Assembly: GCA_965267345.1 (NCBI GenBank)
Contig: OZ253947.1
Span: forward strand, 3,648 to 67,647
DNA from: Minisyncoccota bacterium
GTDB taxonomy: Bacteria; Patescibacteriota; Minisyncoccia; Phycocordibacterales; UBA2100
Length of the DNA: 64,000 nucleotides
Direction: 5' to 3'
Shown here: positions 1 to 9,550 of the stretch, piece by piece
How positions within the stretch are numbered: the stretch's first letter is position 1
Layout: each line of letters starts with the position of its first letter
The notes under the pieces: generated by a model
Databases searched by the model: none
Told to the model about the DNA's origin: nothing
What the model saw: the letters and a program-made list of their open reading frames with translations, nothing else
Made by a program: the position numbers and the translations under genes

Positions 1-677
1 GCCGATCGACGCCGATCGGCGAGCGCGCGTTTAATTTCGAATGACGCCATGTCGGTCACATCAATGCGCTCACGCGTTTCAGTGAAGATAAAAGCGGGGT
101 CATCAACCACTTGCTCTGCCGGTTGCGTATTTAAGACATACGAGTAGTAGGCACCCCCGACGATAAGTGCAGCGGCTACGAGAAAGAGAATGCCGAGTGC
201 CACCATAACGACCATACGCCACCCTCCGGGTTCTTCCGCGACTGCATTCGGTCGTCCACGATCACTTTCAAGTGCGGTCATGCGCGCAAGTGACATCTTG
301 CGGTTGCGCACGAGGTGTTGCACGTCATCTTTAAAGGTATGCACAACAGCTGCGTTGCGCTTTGTGCGCGGCGCCTTTTGCTGCTGTGGTTGGCGCTGCT
401 TTGTGTTGGCTGCGTCAGCAGCACTTTCGGCATCGGGTGTGGTTGTGCGCGGCGCCGATGGTGCGTAGGCGTCGTCATTTGTTGCCGCGTGCGCATCAGA
501 GCGGAACGTGCGCATCAGAGCGTTGTTGAGTGCACCATGCACAACACCCCCAGATGACGGGGGCGTGTGGTTTGCTGCGTCAGTAGGTTGCTCAGTGCGC
601 GCTGCATCAGCCTCACGCGCATCAGTATCTGTGCGGTTAGTCTCGTTGTTCTCGGGCTGTGTGTTCTCCTTTGGCAT
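1..677 (-). CDS. Hypothetical single-TM protein, truncated by window edge (not in ORF track)
   Basis: ATG at 677 opens a frame with no stop to base 1: MPKENTQPENN...MRTFRSD...VHTFKDDVQHLVRNRKMSLARM...; hydrophobic stretch MVVMVALGILFLVAAALIVGGAYY; overlaps the pnp 3' end. Confidence 0.75.
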   Translation of the reverse strand, partial: MPKENTQPENNETNRTDTDAREADAARTEQPTDAANHTPPSSGGVVHGALNNALMRTFRSDAHAATNDDAYAPSAPRTTTPDAESAADAANTKQRQPQQQKAPRTKRNAAVVHTFKDDVQHLVRNRKMSLARMTALESDRGRPNAVAEEPGGWRMVVMVALGILFLVAAALIVGGAYYSYVLNTQPAEQVVDDPAFIFTETRERIDVTDMASFEIKRALADRRRS

Positions 678-2826
678 GATTGTCTGGTGTCGCTGCGGGG
701 CTCACACCCTTTTTCGCAGCAAACTCAGCATCAACAGCTTTGATTGAGAGGTTGATGCGGTCCTTCTCATCAATTTCCTTGATTATAACAGGAACACGCT
801 CGCCAACAGAGAGCACTTCTTCGACACTCTTGATACGGAACGGTGCAATTTCAGAAATGTGCACCAATCCTTCCGTGTTGGTACCGATTTTCACAAAGGC
901 GCCGAAGTCGAGGATACGGGTGACCTCGCCTTCAAAGCGCTCACCCGCCGTGTACTCGTGCGTGAGCTCGGCAATCATGTCGTGCGCGCGCTGTGGCCCT
1001 TCACCGGTACCGGTAATGTAGACACTTCCGTCGTCTTCGATGGTGATGTCGGTCACGCCCGTTGCATCCTTGATGCCGTTGATGGTTTTGCCGCCCGGAC
1101 CGATCACCAGACCGATCTGGTCTTCTTTGACCGTTAGCGTCATGATTTTCGGTGCACGTGCGTTAATGTCGGCACGCGGCTCACTAATCTCAGTCTCGAT
1201 GACGTCGAGAATTTGCTCGCGCGCCTTTTTGGCTGCCGCGAACGCTTCAACGAGCACCGGTACCGGCACGCCACTTACTTTGACGTCCATTTGGACGGCG
1301 GTAACACCTGCACGCGTGCCGGCAACTTTAAAGTCCATGTCGCCGTGGTGGTCTTCCGGACCCTGAATGTCGGTGAGAATTTTGTAGTCGCCTGCCTCGT
1401 TGCTCATCATGCCCATAGCAATACCGGCGACGGGACGTGTGATCGGAACACCGGCGTCCATCAGGGCGAGCGTCGAACCGCAGACACTTGCCATTGACGT
1501 TGAGCCGTTGCTGGCCATTGACTCAGAAACAATACGGATGGTGTACGGGAAGACATCTTTCGCGGGGAGTACCGGCACCAGTGCCTTCTCGGCGAGTGCC
1601 CCGTGGCCAATCATGCGACGGTTGAATCCGCCAACGCGTCCTGTTTCGCCAACCGAGAATGGCGGGAAGTTGTAGTGGTGCATGAAGCGCTTCTGGGTGT
1701 CCTGCGATTCAATGGTATCGAGTAACTGCGCATCGTCAGGACCACCGAGGGTGAGCGCCGAGAGCACGTGCGTGCCGCCGCGGTAGAAGACACCAACACC
1801 GTGGAGCATCGGTGAGATACCACCTGCCTGTGCAAAGAGCGGACGAATCTGGTCGAAGGCGCGGCCATCGGCACGGCGATTGTTGTTCAGTGCTTCTTCG
1901 TGTAGGTATGCATCAAGACGCTCATCGAAGTAGTCGTTTGCCTGTGCGAGATGTGCACTTTCAAGCGTTTCCGCAACGTGGGCCACCCACTCTTTTTGTA
2001 GTGCCCCGATGCGCTTTTTGCCGAGTGTACCGTCAGATTCACCAAAGACTGCCTCTTCGAGTTTCGGAATCACGAATGATTCGTACGCGTCAACGAGTTC
2101 TTGCGCTACTGCAGCAGGAGTGTACGCCTCTTTTTCTTTTCCGACTTCAGCAATAATCTGTGCCTGCCACTGCTGGATGCGTTCCATTTCAGCAACGGCA
2201 CGCTCAAGGCCCTGCTGGAGGACCTCCTCCCCTGCTTCATTGGCGCCCACTTCAATCATGTTGACGTTGCCGTCTTTGCCGCAGGCAAGCAGGTCGAGTG
2301 TTTGCTGCTCGGCAATACGTTGTGAGTAGATCGGGTTAATGATGAAGTCGTCGTTTTCATTGACTCGCCCAAGGCGTACCGCTGAGACAGGGCCACCCCA
2401 TGGAATGTTTGAGGTGCCCAGTGCAAGTGAAGCACCGATCACACCGAGTACATCGGCGTCGTCCTCATCAATTGACAAAACGGTAATGATGACTTGGACG
2501 TCGCGGCGCATGCTCTGATCGAAGAGTGGCCGAATGGTGCGGTCAACCACGCGCGCTGAGAGCACCGCCTCTTCACTCGGCCGTCCTTCACGACGTTGGA
2601 AACGGCTGCCGAGGATGGCACCGGCTGCATAGTGCTTTTCTTCGTACTCTACCGAGAGCGGAAAGTAATTCATGCCCTCGCGCTCGGCGCCCATCGTCGC
2701 GGTCGCGAGGATGGTGGTGTTGCCGTAGCGAACAATGACTGAACCATTTGCCTGATCAGCGAGATTCGTAAATTGAGCGGTGAGCGTTTTACCCCCGACC
2801 TCAATTGTGTATTCATTAATATCCAT
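637..2826 (-). CDS. pnp: Polyribonucleotide nucleotidyltransferase (PNPase)
   Basis: RNase PH motifs (RREGRP, HYNFPPFSVGE, SNGSTSMAS, GDMDFKVAG), KH (IGPGGKTI) and S1 (DFGAFV, GLVHISE). Confidence 0.98.
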   Translation of the reverse strand: MDINEYTIEVGGKTLTAQFTNLADQANGSVIVRYGNTTILATATMGAEREGMNYFPLSVEYEEKHYAAGAILGSRFQRREGRPSEEAVLSARVVDRTIRPLFDQSMRRDVQVIITVLSIDEDDADVLGVIGASLALGTSNIPWGGPVSAVRLGRVNENDDFIINPIYSQRIAEQQTLDLLACGKDGNVNMIEVGANEAGEEVLQQGLERAVAEMERIQQWQAQIIAEVGKEKEAYTPAAVAQELVDAYESFVIPKLEEAVFGESDGTLGKKRIGALQKEWVAHVAETLESAHLAQANDYFDERLDAYLHEEALNNNRRADGRAFDQIRPLFAQAGGISPMLHGVGVFYRGGTHVLSALTLGGPDDAQLLDTIESQDTQKRFMHHYNFPPFSVGETGRVGGFNRRMIGHGALAEKALVPVLPAKDVFPYTIRIVSESMASNGSTSMASVCGSTLALMDAGVPITRPVAGIAMGMMSNEAGDYKILTDIQGPEDHHGDMDFKVAGTRAGVTAVQMDVKVSGVPVPVLVEAFAAAKKAREQILDVIETEISEPRADINARAPKIMTLTVKEDQIGLVIGPGGKTINGIKDATGVTDITIEDDGSVYITGTGEGPQRAHDMIAELTHEYTAGERFEGEVTRILDFGAFVKIGTNTEGLVHISEIAPFRIKSVEEVLSVGERVPVIIKEIDEKDRINLSIKAVDAEFAAKKGVSPAATPDNHAKGEHTAREQRD

Positions 2827-3013
2827 ATGTGTACTGTGGAGTGATGTGCGGGTAACAGCATTGAAAACTCAACACTGGCTATCCGAACACCACCCGCGTG
2901 TTACTTGAGTAATGTCTCAGCACTGTAGCAAATGCGCATCGCATTTTAAAGGCAGCACTGTATGCACAGGCATATGCTGCTCTTGGGTGCATGCCTAAGG
3001 TACTATGATCTGT

Positions 3014-4933
3014 ATGCAGACACTCTCGAATACACGCATGGGCGATAAGCACGTATGGTTGCGCGCGGGCCTTGTTCTAGGGGCGACAGCTTTACTCACA
3101 TTTGCTTTCGCGGCGCCCTACGGCGTTGAAGCATCTGGTGGCGGTGACATACTGTTGCCGGACGGAATCTTTGATCCACCGCCTGCAGTACTTGATGATG
3201 TGGACAGTAGCTGGAGTAGCGTGTCCGACCAAGGAAGCGAAGTGCTCTGGACCAAATACGATGATGTTGACTTGTGTGGACCAGGAGCGTGGTATGCATG
3301 CGCAATTCGCCTTGTACAACCACAGGCAACCATCCGGTATGCAGTACAGGCGAAAAATATCGACACTGATACCGTATACCCATACGGTTCAGCCATTTCT
3401 ATCAACGAAGGCGAGTCGATACAACTTCGATTCGTTCCACATGCACCGAGCGATATCAACTGGTTTGGTACAGGCAGCACTTTTGATACACCGTATGGAG
3501 AATGGGTTGATGGTGCGACCGCTGATTCGGTGCAATGCAACACCAAAGACTTCGTGCAGCAACACTACCAAGATCCATATACGTACAATGTATTCGCGCG
3601 ATTGCTTGTTGATCCACCAACAAAAACATTTACCCCAGCCGACAACCTCTCGTGTACTGATACCGGTGATGGACTTACATACAACTGTATTGCTAATAGT
3701 CAAGGCACGAGCACAGCCACCTTTGATTTCGGACAAACAAATGGCAATTTTTTTGCATCGTATCAGTATCTTAGCAGTGATACCGGAAGCATTCCTGAAT
3801 GGGCGCGAGGAGGTGTGTGTGCTGGACAGGTAGACGCAATGCAAAATAACAACGGCTTTTATAATCCGGTGAATGTTTCGTTCTATTCGTTTAATGGAGA
3901 GAAAATAGTACATCCTAACGACCCCCGCACCCCATACACCCTCACCATCCCTGCCCAATCCCGCCAATACACCATTGTCGTCGGCGAAGCTGAGGAAGAC
4001 GACAGCCCGGGCTCACCAAGCGTCAACCCTGTCACCGTCAACGGTGACCCAACCGCCTGCACCACCAACGCCCCCTACACAGTAGAGGTCACCGCCACCG
4101 ACCCCCAGTCAGACGACATCCGCTACCTCATCGACTGGGACGCTGACGACACAGTCAACGCCTACGCACCAAGCTCTGGCTACACCACCAGCGGCACCAC
4201 CCAAACAGCATCACGCACCTTCACCACTGAAGGTGAGCGTAGCGTGAAGGTCCGTGCCCAAGACGAACATGGCAACCTCTCTGACTGGTCAGAGACCTTC
4301 ACCTTCACCTGTACGGATGACACCCCACCGTACACCCCAACCGTCACCACCGCTTCAGGCTCACAGTGTACCCCTGACACAGCTCAAGACGTCACCGTCA
4401 GTGCCGACCACGCCTCAGACAAGGAGGTATACTACCAACTCGACTGGGACCGTGACGGCGCAACCGACACCCGACTCCCTGCCACCGGCACTGTTGCTGC
4501 AGGGACAGAGCTCACCACCACCCACACCTTCACCAGTGGTGACTACGCCTTCAGAGCTCGTGCCGTTGATGAAGACGACATTGCCTCAAACTGGACCACC
4601 ATCACCGGTACCTGTGGCGTCACCCAAGAGGAGTGCCCCATCTGTGCAGCAGGCAGCCCTGACGTCTCCCTTTCAGCACAACCATCCCTCGTGGCCCAAG
4701 ACGCCAGCACCACCCTCAGTTGGGACATTGCAGGTATCGACACCCTCCAGACCTGTTCCATCACCGGCACCAACGGTGACAGCGTATCGTGGGACACCAT
4801 CAGCTCACAGTCCTCCTACACCACACCAAGCATCACCATCCAAACCACCTACACCCTCTCGTGTACCTACACCGACCAAACCCTGACTGACACCGCCCTC
4901 ATCTTCTTGGTGCCTGATTGGCAGGAGTTTTAG
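3014..4933 (+). CDS. Secreted/surface protein with two PKD/Ig-like repeats
   Basis: N-terminal hydrophobic signal; repeats DPQSDDIRYLIDWD...VRAQDEHGNLSDW and YYQLDWD...ARAVDEDDIASNW; Thr/Cys-rich; start taken at ATG 3014, 7 nt after TACTAT. Confidence 0.75.
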   Translation: MQTLSNTRMGDKHVWLRAGLVLGATALLTFAFAAPYGVEASGGGDILLPDGIFDPPPAVLDDVDSSWSSVSDQGSEVLWTKYDDVDLCGPGAWYACAIRLVQPQATIRYAVQAKNIDTDTVYPYGSAISINEGESIQLRFVPHAPSDINWFGTGSTFDTPYGEWVDGATADSVQCNTKDFVQQHYQDPYTYNVFARLLVDPPTKTFTPADNLSCTDTGDGLTYNCIANSQGTSTATFDFGQTNGNFFASYQYLSSDTGSIPEWARGGVCAGQVDAMQNNNGFYNPVNVSFYSFNGEKIVHPNDPRTPYTLTIPAQSRQYTIVVGEAEEDDSPGSPSVNPVTVNGDPTACTTNAPYTVEVTATDPQSDDIRYLIDWDADDTVNAYAPSSGYTTSGTTQTASRTFTTEGERSVKVRAQDEHGNLSDWSETFTFTCTDDTPPYTPTVTTASGSQCTPDTAQDVTVSADHASDKEVYYQLDWDRDGATDTRLPATGTVAAGTELTTTHTFTSGDYAFRARAVDEDDIASNWTTITGTCGVTQEECPICAAGSPDVSLSAQPSLVAQDASTTLSWDIAGIDTLQTCSITGTNGDSVSWDTISSQSSYTTPSITIQTTYTLSCTYTDQTLTDTALIFLVPDWQEF

Positions 4934-4998
4934 AGTGCTCTATTGTGAACCACAACACTCCCTGTGTACGCAGGGAGTTTTTGATAGACTTACGACAT

Positions 4999-5583
4999 AT
5001 GCAGCAGGTGGTACACATTCACGGCGGTGAGCCGTTTACCAACAAAAAAGAATTTTTTGCCTACTGGCAAAAGCAGTCAGTTGACGATCCCTTCGTGGCG
5101 AAAGAAGAACAGCGCTGGCGTCGGTGGCTTGCCGGTGAACTCGAGGGCACGTTTGCCTACGCAGCACTGCGTATGCCGTGCAAAATGAACGCGCAGCACG
5201 ATGCGTGGAAGATGTGGTTTGAGAAGCACATCCCTTTCTTTAAGGACGACATCATCCTCATCGGCCACTCGCTTGGCGGAAATTTTCTTGCCAAGTATTT
5301 GTCCGAGCATACGCTCCCCGTCCGTATTGCGCAGCTCCACATTGTCGCGTCTCCGTTTGGCGTTGCAACGTTTACGCTTCCCGATTCTCTTGAAGGAGTC
5401 AAAGCGCAGTGCCCCGCCATTACGCTCTACTACTCAAAAGACGACACGGTGGTGCCATTTGCCGAATCAGAGAAATACCAAAACGCCCTGCCGGAGGCAG
5501 AGCGTGTGGTGTTTGCTGATCGCAATCACTTTGAGCAACCCACGTTTCCCGAGTTGCGTGATCGTCTCTTAGCTACTCGCTAA
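4999..5583 (+). CDS. Alpha/beta hydrolase, RBBP9/YdeN-like
   Basis: HIHGG, nucleophile elbow GHSLG, SKDDTVVP Asp and NHF His; ATG 4999. Confidence 0.88.
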   Translation: MQQVVHIHGGEPFTNKKEFFAYWQKQSVDDPFVAKEEQRWRRWLAGELEGTFAYAALRMPCKMNAQHDAWKMWFEKHIPFFKDDIILIGHSLGGNFLAKYLSEHTLPVRIAQLHIVASPFGVATFTLPDSLEGVKAQCPAITLYYSKDDTVVPFAESEKYQNALPEAERVVFADRNHFEQPTFPELRDRLLATR

Positions 5584-6112
5584 TACCCGGAATTTTCCAA
5601 CCGCGGTATGAGATGAGGTACTTTTTTGGATCTTCATCCATGTCGGTGAAGTCGTCACATGCCTCGCGCAAGCGCTGCGAGCTGGACTTACCGAATGAAA
5701 TGACCTCAACCTGACACCCCTCGTGGAGCTGCAGGTAGTCGACGAGCGGGACAAAGTCACCGTCGCCGGTGGCGAGGATCACTGCATCGAGCTTTGGCGC
5801 CATGGTAACGGCGTCAATTGCCATACCAACGTCCCAGTCGGCCTTTTTAGCACCGCCGAAGAAAATCTGCAGATCTTTCGTGCGAATTTCAATGCCGAGC
5901 TTATGCATTGCTTCGAAGAAGCCCTGCTCTTCCCCGCTTTCGGTCGTCACCACGTACGCGCGCGCGCGCACCAGTTCGCGACCGGCAACGGATTCTTTCA
6001 AGACGTTGCCAAAGTTGACCTTTGCTTTATAGAGATTTTTTGCACTGTGGTAGAGGTTTTGCGTGTCGATGAAAACACCAACGCGCTGCTCTTTATGTTT
6101 GATAACAGCCAT
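5573..6112 (-). CDS. NYN domain (LabA/DUF88) protein
   Basis: VFIDTQNLY, KKADWDVGMAIDA and TGDGDFVPLV motifs. Confidence 0.92.
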   Translation of the reverse strand: MAVIKHKEQRVGVFIDTQNLYHSAKNLYKAKVNFGNVLKESVAGRELVRARAYVVTTESGEEQGFFEAMHKLGIEIRTKDLQIFFGGAKKADWDVGMAIDAVTMAPKLDAVILATGDGDFVPLVDYLQLHEGCQVEVISFGKSSSQRLREACDDFTDMDEDPKKYLISYRGWKIPGISE

Positions 6113-6253
6113 CGTATGCGAAAAATGAATGGGTGCGATGCACCCGCGTATAAAAAATCGACCCTTGTGTCATCATACCCCTGCGCTCGCCTCCACGCAA
6201 AAACGCGCATAGTGCGCGTTTCTGTGTGAAGTTTTTGAGGAGTAAATAGGTTC

Positions 6254-6520
6254 TTACTTCTTCAAACCGAGCTCTTTCACAACTTTTGCGTACGCCTTTT
6301 TGTCTGTACCCTCAAGATACTTCAGGTGCGTACGGCGATCGGCAACCATCTGCAGAAGACCGCGACGTGAGTGATTGTCTTTACGGTTCTTCTTGAGGTG
6401 TGCTGAAAGTTGTTCGATACGCTTGCTCAAGATAGCCACCTGCGCTTCCGCCGATCCGGTATCACCGTCGTGGCGCTGTGTTTTCTTGAGTGCGTTGGTC
6501 TTTTGTCGTTTGGTAAGCAT
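6254..6520 (-). CDS. rpsO: 30S ribosomal protein S15
   Basis: DTGSAEAQVAILS...KDNHSRRGLLQMV; ATG at 6520. Confidence 0.97.
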   Translation of the reverse strand: MLTKRQKTNALKKTQRHDGDTGSAEAQVAILSKRIEQLSAHLKKNRKDNHSRRGLLQMVADRRTHLKYLEGTDKKAYAKVVKELGLKK

Positions 6521-6698
6521 ATAACACAAAAAACGCGCCCAAGTGCCCCGTATAGACAAGGCATCTAGGCACGGCGGTACTATAGCATACGGCGGCCGTG
6601 TTGACAAGTGCTGTGCACCGTGATGCGGTTCCCTGCCCAGTGCGCAGTAGACAGCGAGCGAGTGGGTGATTCTGCGCGATCACGGTACACTGATTGGT

Positions 6699-7655
6699 AT
6701 GGCGGCATCAGAACTTGAGCAACACAAGCAGTCATTTCTCGAATATTTGGAGATTGAGCGCGGACGGGCGGTAAAAACCGTCGAAAACTACGATCGATAC
6801 CTCGCACGCTTTTTTGAACAGGCGCAGGTGAAACGCCCGAAAGACATCACTGAGGCAAAAGTACGTGAATTTCGCATGTGGCTCAATCGACAACCTGTCC
6901 GTTCAGGGGCGGGCGATGGCGGCACTCTGAAGCGACGCACGCAGAACTACTACCTCATTGCCCTGCGGGCGTTTCTCAAATTTCTGCGCAAGCGGGGCAT
7001 CACGAGTCTCTCGCCTGAGCGTATTGAACTAGCGAAAGTGCCACAGCGCGACATCGATCTCATATCACATGCTGAGCTCGTGCGGCTGCTTGCCGCACCG
7101 CGCAGCGCATACGCGCAGGCTGAGACTAAAGCCGACCAGCTTCGCTTCTTGCGTGATGACGCAATACTGCAACTGCTCTTTTCGACAGGGCTGCGCGTCT
7201 CCGAGCTTGTGGCGCTGAATGCGGACATTGATTTGTCAAAAGATGAAATGTCGGTGCGCGGTAAGGGCGACAAGGTGCGCGTGGTGTTTTTCTCAAGCGA
7301 TGCAAAAAAGGCGGCACAGCAGTACTTGCAGGCGCGTACTGACCTTGAAGAACCGCTTTTCATCAATATGGGCCGCAATGCAACGCAGACGAATGATGCG
7401 CGTTTAACGAGCCGCAGCATTGAGCGCATTGTAAAGCAGCACGCAACGCGCGCCGGTATTACAAAAAAAGTAACACCGCACATTGTGCGTCACAGCTTTG
7501 CGACCGACCTCCTGCAAAATGGTGCCGATATCCGCAGCGTACAGGCGCTGTTGGGGCACGCGAACATTGCGACAACGCAGGTGTATACACACGTTACGGA
7601 TGCGCACCTGCGCAACATTCATAAGTCATTCCATAATAAAAAGCGACAGCGCTAG
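6699..7655 (+). CDS. Tyrosine recombinase XerC/XerD family
   Basis: N-terminal SAM-like domain; catalytic motifs TGLRVSEL, GKGDKVR, HIVRHSFAT, LGH and TTQVYTH. Confidence 0.93.
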   Translation: MAASELEQHKQSFLEYLEIERGRAVKTVENYDRYLARFFEQAQVKRPKDITEAKVREFRMWLNRQPVRSGAGDGGTLKRRTQNYYLIALRAFLKFLRKRGITSLSPERIELAKVPQRDIDLISHAELVRLLAAPRSAYAQAETKADQLRFLRDDAILQLLFSTGLRVSELVALNADIDLSKDEMSVRGKGDKVRVVFFSSDAKKAAQQYLQARTDLEEPLFINMGRNATQTNDARLTSRSIERIVKQHATRAGITKKVTPHIVRHSFATDLLQNGADIRSVQALLGHANIATTQVYTHVTDAHLRNIHKSFHNKKRQR

Positions 7656-7672
7656 TGTGCTAGCATACAGCT

Positions 7673-8446
7673 ATGCGAATTGTCTCATGGAATGTAAATG
7701 GACTCCGCGCAGTGCACCGCAATGGGTACTGGCAGTCATTTCTCACGCTTAACCCCGATATTATCTGCCTGCAGGAAATAAAAGCTGAAGAAGACCAGCT
7801 CCCCGAGGAAATGCGTGCACCGGACGGGTTTCACGCGTATTTCAACCCATCGCGCGTGAAAAAAGGCTACAGTGGTGTTGCCGTATACACCGCACACGAG
7901 CCCAACACCGTGGAACACGGCATGGGCGTCGAGGCATTTGATGGTGAGGGCAGGTTACTGACGCTGCATTTTGATACGTGGGCACTGTGTAACGTGTATT
8001 TCCCCAACGGCGGCATGGGGCCTGAGCGCCTGAAATTCAAAATGGACTTTTATGATGCGTTTTTGGAATACATTGAAGGTATTCGCGCGACGGGGCGCGA
8101 GGTTATCTTTTGCGGTGATGTGAACACCGCACATGAGGCGATCGACCTTGCGCGACCGGAGGCAAATGAAGCCAATACTGGCTTCCTGCCCGAAGAACGT
8201 GCGTGGATCGACGAAGTGGTACGTCTTGGCTATGTCGACACGTTTCGCACACTCCACCCGCGTGAAACCGCCTATTCATATTGGGATCTTAAGACGCGCG
8301 CCCGTGAGCGCAATGTCGGGTGGCGTATCGACTATATGTTTGTCAGCAGTGCGTTGATGCCGCGTGTAACAGCAGCACAGATACACACTGACGTATACGG
8401 CTCCGACCACTGCCCTATTTCCCTCGATGCAGACCTTGATTTCTAA
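7673..8446 (+). CDS. xth: Exodeoxyribonuclease III
   Basis: SWNVNGLRA, LQEIKA, GDVNTAH, GWRIDY, GSDHCP. Confidence 0.96.
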   Translation: MRIVSWNVNGLRAVHRNGYWQSFLTLNPDIICLQEIKAEEDQLPEEMRAPDGFHAYFNPSRVKKGYSGVAVYTAHEPNTVEHGMGVEAFDGEGRLLTLHFDTWALCNVYFPNGGMGPERLKFKMDFYDAFLEYIEGIRATGREVIFCGDVNTAHEAIDLARPEANEANTGFLPEERAWIDEVVRLGYVDTFRTLHPRETAYSYWDLKTRARERNVGWRIDYMFVSSALMPRVTAAQIHTDVYGSDHCPISLDADLDF

Positions 8447-8523
8447 AGGACATTTCTAAAGGACATTATCCCCAATGAAATGTCCTTTACATGTCCTTTA
8501 GAGAGCATATAATGTCCGTTAGA
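8442..8523. repeat. Cluster 1 of the 13-mer AATGTCC(T/G)TTAGA (5 copies, tandem and inverted)
   Basis: TCTAAAGGACATT tandem at 8442-8454 and 8455-8467; inverted copies at 8479, 8491 and 8511. Confidence 0.85.
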
Positions 8524-8763
8524 GTTGTTCCTTATTGTTCTTTGCAGTTCTTTCACAGCGTGTCTCGTACGACACACAACCACATTAGAGTCATACACAC
8601 ACAGCTCCTAATTCCTGCGCACGTATGCGCGCACAGTGAGAAGCCCTCTTCTCATGGTAAGTACGAGAACCGCACACGACAGAAACCGTCTCTGGGAGGT
8701 ATCGAGGTCTCGCCAAAATAAAAACGGCCGGACTTGCAAGTTATAACGCGTATCACCCTATCG

Positions 8764-8785
8764 AAACCGCCTTTGGGCGGTTTTT
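8764..8785 (+). terminator. Intrinsic terminator-like hairpin
   Basis: AAACCGCC-TTTG-GGCGGTTTTT. Confidence 0.6.
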
Positions 8786-8815
8786 GTCGTTGTGCGGTCG
8801 TGGTAGGATTTTGTC

Positions 8816-9550
8816 ATGAAAAAGTTTTTGATACTCCAATTGCGTCCGGAAGATGTTGCTGCCGACAATGAGCTGGAAGCATTCCTCATGTTCGGGAAAA
8901 TCGGACGCGATGAATATGAACGCGTTCGCATGGAGCGCGACGGTATCCCCGACGTCGCACTTGATGACTACGCAGCAGTCATTGTTGGCGGCGGCCCAAG
9001 CAATGTGAGTGATGCGAATGAGGAAAAGAGCGACGCACAGAAACACTTTGAGCACCAGCTACGCCCGCTGCTCGATGTAATTATCGCTCGCGACATGCCG
9101 TTCCTCGGTGCATGCTATGGTATCGGCGCACTCGGCGCGCACTTGGGTGCGCGGGTCTCGAAAGAGCGGTACGGTGAGCCGGTGGGGGCAACACACCTGA
9201 CGCTCACCGAAGAGGGAAAGAATGATCCGCTCTTGCGCGGTCTGCCGGAGGCATTTGACGCATTTTGTGGACACAAGGAAGCGTGTCAGGAGGTGCCTGA
9301 AAATGCGACGCTGCTGGTCACGTCAGCGGCATGTCCCGTGCAAATGATTCGCTACGGCGAGCATGTGTATGCAACGCAGTTCCACCCCGAGCTCGACACT
9401 CGCGGCATCATCACACGCATTAACGTATACAAACACGCCGGCTACTTCCCGCCCGAAGATGCAGAGACACTCATTGCGCAGGTGCAAAATAAGCAGGTGG
9501 AGGTACCACAGCTCATTCTCGAGCGATTTGTCGCACGCTACCGACAGTAG
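8816..9550 (+). CDS. Class I glutamine amidotransferase (GMP synthase-like)
   Basis: GGGP, LGACYG (catalytic Cys), QFHPE. Confidence 0.9.
   Translation: MKKFLILQLRPEDVAADNELEAFLMFGKIGRDEYERVRMERDGIPDVALDDYAAVIVGGGPSNVSDANEEKSDAQKHFEHQLRPLLDVIIARDMPFLGACYGIGALGAHLGARVSKERYGEPVGATHLTLTEEGKNDPLLRGLPEAFDAFCGHKEACQEVPENATLLVTSAACPVQMIRYGEHVYATQFHPELDTRGIITRINVYKHAGYFPPEDAETLIAQVQNKQVEVPQLILERFVARYRQ

Noticed and set aside
489-522. 15-bp direct repeat GTGCGCATCAGAGCG x2
   Set aside because: Isolated short duplication within a low-complexity coding region; no further copies seen
4254-4886. 210-aa Pro/Ser/Thr-rich overlapping ORF
   Set aside because: Alternative-frame by-product of the C-rich codon usage of the PKD gene
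6699-7655. Tyrosine recombinase as a prophage or island integrase
   Set aside because: Xer-like length and motifs, housekeeping neighbours, and no att repeats or phage genes nearby
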